Source: Sphingomonadaceae bacterium (lineage in GTDB: Bacteria > Pseudomonadota > Alphaproteobacteria > Sphingomonadales > Sphingomonadaceae). Taken from it: DNA of 42,883 bases. Shown piece by piece: positions 25,411 through 33,148 of this stretch. Each line of letters starts with the position of its first letter. Position 1 is the stretch's first letter. The position numbers and the translations under genes are program-made. A model generated the notes under the pieces. The model ran no database searches. It was not told the DNA's origin and was given only the letters and a program-made list of their open reading frames with translations. Location: contig JAFAZM010000183.1 in the NCBI GenBank assembly GCA_019239785.1, forward strand, positions 1 through 42,883, given 5' to 3'.

Positions 25411-26738
25411 CCGGCGCCGCGCGCAAGCCAAGGATCGTCGCCTTCGTGCCCGCCAAGGGGAGCAGCGAACGGATCGCCGACAAGAATCTGCAGCTGCTCG
25501 ACGGCGAGCATCTGTTCAAGCGCAAGCTGCGCCAGCTGCTCGACTGCCCGTCGATCGACGAAATCGTGCTCGACACGGACAGCGACGCGCTCGCCGCGCT
25601 CGCGGCGGACCTGAAGGTCACCCGCCTGAACCGGCCGGCCGCCTTGGCCAGCAACGCCACCGACGGGCACGAATTGTTCGCCTATGAATGCGGCGCGGTG
25701 CCGCCGGCAGATCTCTACGTGCAATGCCTCTGCACCGCCCCCTTCGTCACCGCGGACACGGTCGCGCGGGCGATCCGTGCGCTGCTGGAGACGCCCGAAG
25801 CCGACAGCCTGGTCGGCGTCAGCAGGGCGAAGCAATATCTCTGGGAGGGCGGCGCCCCGGCCTACGGCCCTGGCCGGATCCCGAACAGCGTCGACCTGCC
25901 CGCGCATGTGATCGAGGCGATGAGCCTCTACATCGTCCGCGGCAGGGACGGCACGCCGCCGACGCGCCGCTTCGGTGAGCGGCCGATCCTGTTCGATCTC
26001 GACCCGACCGAGCAGATCGACGTCAACAATCCGGCCGATCTGGCGCTCGCCGAGGCGGTCGCCGCCGGCCAGCGCGCCGAGGCGAATCTGCGGCTGCGCG
26101 CGATGCGCTCCCATCTCTCCTCGCCGGTGCTCTCGGACATCTGCGCGGAGCTCGGCCTGGAGGCGGTGCTGCCGCCGATCCTGCGGCCGAACAGCCCGGG
26201 CAAGTTGCTCGGCCGCGCGAAGACGCTGTCGCTCGCCGCGGTCGATCGGGAGCAGGGTCCGGCGGATGCCTGGAAGGGGATTTACGGCGCGCTCGATTCC
26301 TACCGCTTCGTGCGGCCTGGGGACGTGATCATGGTCGCGACCGAATGTCCGGGGCGCGCCTATTTCGGCGACCTCAACGCCAATCTCGCGATCCGCGCCG
26401 GTGCCGCCGGAGTCGTCGTCGACGGCTTCACCCGCGATACCGCGGACGTCCGCGCGCTCGGCCTGCCGGTCTACGCCCATGGCGGCTGGTGCCGCGACAT
26501 CAAATATGAGGGCACGCTCCGCGCGATGAACATGCCGGTCGAGATGGGCGGGATCCCAGTCGCCAACGGCGACATGGTGTTCGCCGACGAGGACGGCGTG
26601 GTCGTCATCCCCGCGCATCGCTGGCCCGAGATCGAAGCGCGCGCCTGGGAGGTGCTCGCAAACGAGGGGCGGATCCGCATGCACGCCGCGCGCGGCCGGC
26701 CGGTCGCGGACATCCTCGCCGAATGTGGAGCCTTCTGA
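25407..26738 (+). CDS. Acylneuraminate/Kdo-type cytidylyltransferase fused to an RraA/HMG-aldolase-like domain
   Basis: N-terminal [14 protein letters not shown]...DTDS...IDVNNPADL (NeuA/KdsB fold). C-terminal GRAKT...PGDVI...AYFGDLN...[10 protein letters not shown]...[15 protein letters not shown] (RraA family). Confidence 0.85.
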   Translation: MTGAARKPRIVAFVPAKGSSERIADKNLQLLDGEHLFKRKLRQLLDCPSIDEIVLDTDSDALAALAADLKVTRLNRPAALASNATDGHELFAYECGAVPPADLYVQCLCTAPFVTADTVARAIRALLETPEADSLVGVSRAKQYLWEGGAPAYGPGRIPNSVDLPAHVIEAMSLYIVRGRDGTPPTRRFGERPILFDLDPTEQIDVNNPADLALAEAVAAGQRAEANLRLRAMRSHLSSPVLSDICAELGLEAVLPPILRPNSPGKLLGRAKTLSLAAVDREQGPADAWKGIYGALDSYRFVRPGDVIMVATECPGRAYFGDLNANLAIRAGAAGVVVDGFTRDTADVRALGLPVYAHGGWCRDIKYEGTLRAMNMPVEMGGIPVANGDMVFADEDGVVVIPAHRWPEIEARAWEVLANEGRIRMHAARGRPVADILAECGAF

Positions 26739-27607
26739 TGAGCAACTTTCCCAAGAGCGTCGACGTCGGCCCGATCCGGATCGCCAACGACCGGCCCTTC
26801 GCTTTGATCGCCGGCCCCTGCGCGATGGAGAGCCGCCAGCATGCGCTGGAGACGGCGCAGGCGCTGACCGAGATCTGCGCCGCGCGCGGCATCGGCCTGA
26901 TCTACAAGAGCTCGTTCGACAAGGCGAACCGCACCTCGGCCGACGCGCCGCGCGGGATCGGCATGGACAAGGCGCTGCCGGTCTTCGCCGAGCTTCGCGA
27001 GAGCTTCGGCTGCCCGGTCATCACCGACGTGCACGAGGCGGCCCAATGCGCGGCGGTCGCCGAGACGGTCGACGTCCTGCAGATCCCGGCCTTCCTCTGC
27101 CGGCAGACCGACCTGCTCGCCGCCGCCGCCCGCACGGGCCGCGCCGTCAACGTCAAGAAGGGCCAGTTCCTCGCGCCCTGGGACATGAAGAACGTCGCCG
27201 CCAAGCTCGCCAAAGCGGGCTGCGAAAAGGTTTTGCTCTGCGAGCGCGGCACCAGCTTCGGCTACAATGCTCTGGTCAACGACATGCGCGCGCTGCCGGT
27301 GCTTGCCGAGACCGGCTGGCCGGTCGTGTTCGACGCGACCCACAGCGTGCAGCAGCCCGGCGGCCAAGGCGACCGCTCCGGCGGCCAGCGCGAGCATGTC
27401 CCGGTGCTCGCCCGGGCCGCGATCGCGATCGGCGTCGCCGCTCTGTTCATCGAGACCCACCAGGATCCCGACAAGGCGCCGAGCGACGGCCCCAACATGA
27501 TCCCGCTGAAGGAACTGCCCGCCTTGCTCACGCGGCTGCAGCAATTCGATCGGCTGGCGAAGGCGGGGATGGAGACTATTCCAACGTCTCGGGCCCTCGC
27601 CGCCTAA
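26738..27607 (+). CDS. kdsA: 3-deoxy-D-manno-octulosonate 8-phosphate synthase
   Basis: [58 protein letters not shown]. Confidence 0.96.
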   Translation: MSNFPKSVDVGPIRIANDRPFALIAGPCAMESRQHALETAQALTEICAARGIGLIYKSSFDKANRTSADAPRGIGMDKALPVFAELRESFGCPVITDVHEAAQCAAVAETVDVLQIPAFLCRQTDLLAAAARTGRAVNVKKGQFLAPWDMKNVAAKLAKAGCEKVLLCERGTSFGYNALVNDMRALPVLAETGWPVVFDATHSVQQPGGQGDRSGGQREHVPVLARAAIAIGVAALFIETHQDPDKAPSDGPNMIPLKELPALLTRLQQFDRLAKAGMETIPTSRALAA

Positions 27608-27608
27608 C

Positions 27609-27633
27609 GCCCTCTCCCCAGCGGGGAGAGGGC
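27609..27633. terminator. GC hairpin (single REP unit), possible bidirectional terminator between convergent kdsA and the IMPase gene
   Basis: GCCCTCTCCCC-AGC-GGGGAGAGGGC fills the gap between the two stop codons. Confidence 0.6.
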
Positions 27634-28470
27634 TTAAGCCGCTGGATCCGGTGCGCCCTCGCCGCCAAACAACAGCTCCCGCGCCATCTCCCAGCGATCG
27701 GGGCTCGCCGCCACCAGCATCCCCTTCCCCGCTTCCGCCGGCCGATACGCCGACCCGTCGGGCCGCGCCGCTTTCCCACCGGCCTCGATTACGAACAGCA
27801 CGCCGGCGGCGTGATCCCAGGCGAGAGTGCGCCAGTAGAAGGCGAAGTCGCGCTCCCCGGCGGCGATCATCGGATATTCGACCCCGGCGGACATCATCCC
27901 CGGCAAGCGCTCGGCCCCGGCCTCCAGCCGCGCCTCAAGGCGGGCATTCATCTCCTCGGGCATGAACCTGCCCATCGAGCCGCGCAGCCTGGCGCCAGGC
28001 GCGCGCGGAACCGCGCTCAGCCTGCGCTCACCGAGCCAGGCGCCGCCGCCCCGCTCGGCCCGTGCCAGCCGCCCCGATAAAGGCTCGAGCAGCCACGCCG
28101 CCTGCGTCTCCCCGTCGCGAAGCAGGGCGACCATCACAGCGAAGACCGGCCGGCCGGCGGCGAAATTGGCGGTCCCGTCGAGCGGATCGACCAGCCAGAC
28201 CGCCCCGTCAGCGAGGCTGTCGAGCAGGCGCGGATCGGCCGAACAGGCCTCCTCGCCGAGCACGCGCGAGCCCGGCAGCAATGGCGCGAGCCCGGCCGCG
28301 AGGATCGCCTCCGCCTCGCGGTCGGCGACCGTCACCAGCTCGCCCGGCGACTTCTCCTCGACCTCGTCCGCCGCCAGCGCCCTGAAGCGCGGCAGGATCG
28401 CCCGCTCGGCCGCTTCCATCATCAATGCGCCGACGCGCTCGGCCGATTCGTCTTTCATGGTGCGGGCCAT
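27634..28470 (-). CDS. Inositol monophosphatase (SuhB/FIG) family protein
   Basis: LVTVADREAE, VLGEE, WLVDPLDGTANF, AWDHAAG. Start uncertain (28470 or 28458). Confidence 0.88.
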   Translation of the reverse strand: MARTMKDESAERVGALMMEAAERAILPRFRALAADEVEEKSPGELVTVADREAEAILAAGLAPLLPGSRVLGEEACSADPRLLDSLADGAVWLVDPLDGTANFAAGRPVFAVMVALLRDGETQAAWLLEPLSGRLARAERGGGAWLGERRLSAVPRAPGARLRGSMGRFMPEEMNARLEARLEAGAERLPGMMSAGVEYPMIAAGERDFAFYWRTLAWDHAAGVLFVIEAGGKAARPDGSAYRPAEAGKGMLVAASPDRWEMARELLFGGEGAPDPAA

Positions 28471-28627
28471 AGCGGAACCCCGATCCAGCGCCGAGTTCGG
28501 CCGAACCCGGCCGAGCTTGCCGAAGCGATGCTCGGCGCTCACGCCGATAACAACGCGCCCGGATCGAAGCCCGGAGCGGCCTGCGATCGCGATTGGATCG
28601 ATCAGCCGCTCCGGTCAGTCGCAGCCC

Positions 28628-28885
28628 CTAGCGATAGCGCCAGCCGTTGTGCCAGCGGTAGCGGCGCTGCCAATAACGGTGGCCGTCCCAATAACCCTTG
28701 CCGCGATAGAAATTGCCGACGATCAGCGTGCCTGGGGCGGCGACCACGACGCGGTCGCGATTGGGCCGGCAATGGCCGTAGGGCCCACGGTGGAAGCCGG
28801 GGCCGCAGCCCTGGCGGGCGTCGGCCGGCGCGGTCGCGAGCATTGCGGCGCCCGCGGCGAAAGCAAGTGCGAGAAGCTTCTTCAT
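28628..28885 (-). CDS. Small secreted GCG_CRPN-type protein
   Basis: Signal peptide MKKLLALAF...ADA, then QGCGPGFHRGPYGHCRPN and a Trp/Tyr/Arg-rich tail. RBS GGAG. Confidence 0.75.
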   Translation of the reverse strand: MKKLLALAFAAGAAMLATAPADARQGCGPGFHRGPYGHCRPNRDRVVVAAPGTLIVGNFYRGKGYWDGHRYWQRRYRWHNGWRYR

Positions 28886-28929
28886 CTCATGTCTCTCCAG
28901 AACTGGCCCAGATAAGCGGGCAGCGGAAA

Positions 28930-28954
28930 AACGCGACGACGCGGAAGCCGTTCC
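28930..28954 (-). promoter_or_regulatory. EcfG/SigT-type general stress response promoter
   Basis: Minus strand GGAAC-N16-CGTT, about 45 bp upstream of the small gene's ATG. Confidence 0.65.
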
Positions 28955-28991
28955 GGCGGAAAGGACCGTCTCGACGGCCATTCTGCCCTTC

Positions 28992-30710
28992 CTAGCGAGG
29001 CGTCGCCGCCCGGGATGGCAGCAGCACCTGCAATGCCTCCGCGAGCAAAGCGGCGTCGGCGGCGGTGAGCAGGTGAAGGCTGGTTGGAGAGGCCAGGACA
29101 TGGCCCCTGAGGCGGAGCGCCGACAGCAGGCCAGAATCCAGCCCGGCTTCGGCGCGGATGTCGACCAGTAGGCGGCCGCCCCGCGCCTCCACCCTCTCGA
29201 CATTGGCGGCGCCGCCGAGCGCAGCGAGCAAAGCGGCCGGGTCCGGGCCCGCCTCCGCTTCGGCCGAGGCCATCGCCGCCCGCATCTCGCCGGCGACCTG
29301 GTCGGCTTCGGGCCCGAGCACGACCTGGAGCGCATTGCCGCCCGGGCGGACGAAGCCGCGGGCGCCGAGCGCCTTCAGCGCCGGCTCGTCGATCCGATCC
29401 GGATCGGCGAGCTCGAGCCGCAGCCGCGTCGTGCAGGCGTCGATCGCCTGCAGGTTCGCGCGGCCGCCCAGGGCCGCGATCAGCGCACCGGCGCGGTCGC
29501 CCGCGGCTTTCGGCCCGGCCGCCATCGCGGCGGCGGGCTCGGCGTCGCGGCCGGGAGTCATCAGGTTGAAGCGGGCGATGCAGTAGCGGAAGGTGAAATA
29601 ATAGATCGCGAAATAGAGCGCGCCGACCGGCAGCAGCAGCAGCGGCCGGGTCGAGGAATTGAAGTTGATCACATAGTCGAACAGGCCGGCGGAGAAGCTG
29701 AAGCCGAGCCGCACCCCGAGCGCGTCCATCAGCACCATGGCGAGCCCGGTCAGCGCCGCGTGGACCAGGTAGAGCAGAGGCGCCAAGAACATGAAGGTGA
29801 ACTCGATCGGCTCGGTCACCCCGGTGAGGAAGGAGGTCAAAGCCAGCGAGAGCAGCATGCCGCCGACCGCGCGCCGGCGCCCGGGCGGCGCCGCGCGGTA
29901 CATTGCGAGGCAGGCGGCGGGGAGGCCGAACATCATCACCGGGAAGAAGCCCGACATGAAGCCGCCGGCATTGGGATCGCCGGCGAAGAAGCGCTGCAGA
30001 TCCCCGGTGGCGCCGTGATAGTCGCCGAGGATGAACCAGGCGATGTTGTTCAGGATATGGTGCAGGCCGGTGACGATCAGCAGCCGGTTGAGCAGGCCGT
30101 AGACGAAGAGGCCGAGCGGCCCGGCGCCGAGGATGAGGCGGCTCGCCGCGTCGATCCCCTGCTCGAGCCAGGGAAAGCCGAGCCCGAACAGTAGCGCGCC
30201 CAGGATTCCGGCTAGGCCGGCGGCGATCGGCACGAAGCGGCGGCCACCGAAGAAAGCGAGATATTCGGGCAGGCGGATGGTGGCGTAGCGATTGTAGAGC
30301 CAGCCCGCGGTGAGGCCGGCGAGAATACCGGCGGGGACGCTCAATTTGGCGAGCTCGCGGGTGCGCCAGGCGGCTGCGGCGAGATCCTTGCCGGCCTGGT
30401 CGGCGAAGGCGGCGGTGACATCCGGCGGCACCGCGAGCAGGCTCTTGGCGCCTTCGACGACGATCAGATAGCCCACCGCCCCGGCAAGGCCGGCGGCCCC
30501 GTGATTTTCCCGCGCGATGCCGAAGGCGACGCCGATCGCGAAGATCAGGCCGAGATTGGCGAAGATCGCCTGCCCCGCAGCGGCGACGAAGGCGATGTCG
30601 AGCAGGTCCGGCTGGCCGAGCCGAAGCAGCAGGCCGGCGACCGGCAGCACCGCGATCGGCAGCATCAGCGCGCGGCCGAGCGGCTGCAGGCGGTCGAGGC
30701 CGTATTTCAT
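28992..30710 (-). CDS. nagE: PTS N-acetylglucosamine-specific EIICB
   Basis: LQPLGRALMLPIAVLPVAGLLLRLG, FLTGVTEPIEF, EIIB motif DACTTRLRL. Confidence 0.93.
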   Translation of the reverse strand: MKYGLDRLQPLGRALMLPIAVLPVAGLLLRLGQPDLLDIAFVAAAGQAIFANLGLIFAIGVAFGIARENHGAAGLAGAVGYLIVVEGAKSLLAVPPDVTAAFADQAGKDLAAAAWRTRELAKLSVPAGILAGLTAGWLYNRYATIRLPEYLAFFGGRRFVPIAAGLAGILGALLFGLGFPWLEQGIDAASRLILGAGPLGLFVYGLLNRLLIVTGLHHILNNIAWFILGDYHGATGDLQRFFAGDPNAGGFMSGFFPVMMFGLPAACLAMYRAAPPGRRRAVGGMLLSLALTSFLTGVTEPIEFTFMFLAPLLYLVHAALTGLAMVLMDALGVRLGFSFSAGLFDYVINFNSSTRPLLLLPVGALYFAIYYFTFRYCIARFNLMTPGRDAEPAAAMAAGPKAAGDRAGALIAALGGRANLQAIDACTTRLRLELADPDRIDEPALKALGARGFVRPGGNALQVVLGPEADQVAGEMRAAMASAEAEAGPDPAALLAALGGAANVERVEARGGRLLVDIRAEAGLDSGLLSALRLRGHVLASPTSLHLLTAADAALLAEALQVLLPSRAATPR

Positions 30711-33148
30711 CTTATCGCTCCCCGGGCCAGCGCCCGTACCTCCGCCGCGTCGGCCGCCGTGAGCGCGCGCGCCGCGAGCGCCTGGCAGCCCACCAGATCG
30801 AGCCCGCGCACCGCCGCCTTCAGCGCCGGGATCGCAGCCGGGGTCGCGGACAATTCGGTGGCACCGAGGCCGATCAGGATCGCGGCTGCGAGCGGATCCG
30901 AGGCGACGCCGCCGCAGATCCCGAACCACCGGCCATGCGCCCGCGCCCCCTCCCCCGCCGCCGCGACCAGGCGCAGCACGGCCGGGTGGAGCGCGTCGAT
31001 CCGCGCCGCGGTCGCCGGATTGCCGCGGTCGGCGGCAAGCGCATATTGGCTGAGATCGTTGGTGCCGACCGAAAGGAAGTCGGCCTCCGCGGCGATGCTG
31101 GCGGCGAGCAGGGCTGCGGCCGGAGTCTCGATCATCACGCCGAGCGGCACCGCGACGACGCCCAATGCGGCCGCCTCCGCAGCGAGCGCGGCGCGGACCG
31201 CGCGCAGCTCGGCGAGGTCGACGATCATCGGCACCATGATGCGCAGGTCGCCCGCCGGCGCGGCGCGGAGGATCGCGCGCAGCTGCGCGGCGAGCAGATC
31301 GGGCCTGGCGAGGCTGAGACGGACGCCGCGCAGGCCGAGCGCCGGATTGTCCTCGGGCGGCATCGCCAGATAAGGCAAGGGCTTGTCGCCGCCCGCATCG
31401 AGGGTGCGGACGATCAGCGGCCTGCCGCCGAGCGCCCGCGCGACCTCGGCATAGGCCGCCGCCTGCTCGTCCTCGGAGGGCGCGGCCGGCCGGTCGTGGA
31501 ACAGGAATTCGGTGCGGAGCAGCCCGCAGCCTTCGGCCCCGGCCGCGACCGCCCGCGCCGCCTCTTCCGCCGAGGCGAGATTGGCGAAGATCTCGATGCG
31601 GGTGCCGTCGGCCATCCGGCATTCCTCGGCGGCCGCCGCGACCTCGGCCGCACGCTGCCGGCGCCGCTCGTCGACCCGCCGGCCGGCCGCGGCGAGCGCT
31701 TCGGCGTCCGGCGCCGCCATCAGCGTGCCGGCGTCCGCGTCGAGGATCAGAACCGCGCCCTCGGCGATCGCCGCCAGCCCGTCGCCGAGCGCGACCAGCA
31801 TCGGCACGCCGGCCGCCGCCGCGAGGATCGCGGCGTGCGAGGTGGCGCCCCCGCGGGCGGTGGCGATGCCGCCGACCCGGCCGAGATCGAGCGCCAGCAA
31901 TTGCGACGGCAGCAGGGCGTCGGCGAGCAGGATCGCGCCTTCGGGAAGGTCGCGGATTGCCACGCTCTCCCCCGCGAGGGCGGCGAGCAGCTGGCGTTCG
32001 ATGTCGTGAAGATCGTCGATCCGCTCGATCAGCAGGGGATTGCCGGTCGCGCGCAGCGCATTTGCGCTCGCTTCGGTCGCGGCGCGCCAGGCGAAGCCGG
32101 CGCTGCGGCCCGCGGCCAATTCCGCCTCGGCTGCGGCGACCAGCTCCGGATCGTCGAGCAGTGCCGCCTGCGCCTCGGCGATCCCGCCCGCGCCCAGCAG
32201 CTGCGCGCCCAAAGCGGCCCGCGCCGCCACCAGGGCGCTGCGCTCCGCCGCCTCGCCCCGTCCCTTTTCCTCGACCCGGATCTCGGCAAGCGCGAGGCGC
32301 GCGGCCGGGCCGACGGCAAACCCGGGCGCCGCGCAGATGCCGCGCAGCGCATCGGCGTGCGCGGGCGCGGCGGTCGGCGCCTGGGCTGCCGGGGCCGGAG
32401 GCGCCGCTTCCGCCTGCTCGACCGCGGCGGCGACGGCCGCGAGGGCGGCGGCGACGTCGGCGCCGCGGGCCGTGAGGATCGCCCGCTCGCCTTGGCCGAG
32501 CCCAAGCGCCATCAGGGCGACCGGGCTGCGCGCGTCGGCGCTCTTCCCGTTGGCGGCGAGGCGGATCTCGGCCGCGAAGCCTTTCGCCGCGGCGGCGATC
32601 TTTGCCGCGGGCCGGGCGTGGATGCCGTGCGCCGCGCCGACCGCGACCTCCGCGCTGAGGGCCTCGCCGGAGGCGTCGGCGTCGGCCCGGCCCTCGCCTG
32701 TCACCGCGCCGATCTCCTCCCCGGCCGCGACCGCGCGGCCCGGCGCCAGCGGCGCGAAGCCGAAGCCGTCGCCGATCGCGACGATCGGGCTGAGCAGGCT
32801 CTTCGCCCGACGCGCGACCAGGTCCAGATCGAAGCACAGAAGGGGATCGCCGGTCGCCACTTTCTGCCCCGGCGCGACATGGGCGGTGAAGCCCTCGCCG
32901 CCGAGCGCGACCGTCTCCAGCCCGACATGGATCAGCAATTCGGCGCCATTGGCAAGCCGCAGGGTGACTGCATGACGGCTGGCCGGGAGCGCGCTCACTT
33001 CCGCGTCGCAGGGGGCGCGGACGACGGGCTCCAGCGGATCGATCGCGACGCCCTCGCCCATCATCCCATCCGCGAACACCGGGTCCGGCACCTCGGCGAG
33101 CGGCGCCAGCCAGCCGGCGAATGGCGCGTGGAGGACGATCCTGCTCAA
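30707..33148 (-). CDS. nagF: Multiphosphoryl transfer protein EIIA-HPr-EI (NagF/PtsP)
   Basis: EIIA VPDPVFA...LIHVGLET, HPr GIHARPAA, EI GGATSHAAI / GLLRTEFLF / SVGTNDL. Probable TTG start overlapping the upstream stop. Confidence 0.88.
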   Translation of the reverse strand: MSRIVLHAPFAGWLAPLAEVPDPVFADGMMGEGVAIDPLEPVVRAPCDAEVSALPASRHAVTLRLANGAELLIHVGLETVALGGEGFTAHVAPGQKVATGDPLLCFDLDLVARRAKSLLSPIVAIGDGFGFAPLAPGRAVAAGEEIGAVTGEGRADADASGEALSAEVAVGAAHGIHARPAAKIAAAAKGFAAEIRLAANGKSADARSPVALMALGLGQGERAILTARGADVAAALAAVAAAVEQAEAAPPAPAAQAPTAAPAHADALRGICAAPGFAVGPAARLALAEIRVEEKGRGEAAERSALVAARAALGAQLLGAGGIAEAQAALLDDPELVAAAEAELAAGRSAGFAWRAATEASANALRATGNPLLIERIDDLHDIERQLLAALAGESVAIRDLPEGAILLADALLPSQLLALDLGRVGGIATARGGATSHAAILAAAAGVPMLVALGDGLAAIAEGAVLILDADAGTLMAAPDAEALAAAGRRVDERRRQRAAEVAAAAEECRMADGTRIEIFANLASAEEAARAVAAGAEGCGLLRTEFLFHDRPAAPSEDEQAAAYAEVARALGGRPLIVRTLDAGGDKPLPYLAMPPEDNPALGLRGVRLSLARPDLLAAQLRAILRAAPAGDLRIMVPMIVDLAELRAVRAALAAEAAALGVVAVPLGVMIETPAAALLAASIAAEADFLSVGTNDLSQYALAADRGNPATAARIDALHPAVLRLVAAAGEGARAHGRWFGICGGVASDPLAAAILIGLGATELSATPAAIPALKAAVRGLDLVGCQALAARALTAADAAEVRALARGAIR

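Noticed and set aside
30711-32837. Apparent 1281-aa NagE with a long N-terminal extension
   Set aside because: The extension is Arg/Gly-rich off-frame translation of nagF. The real start is the ATG at 30710 overlapping the nagF stop.
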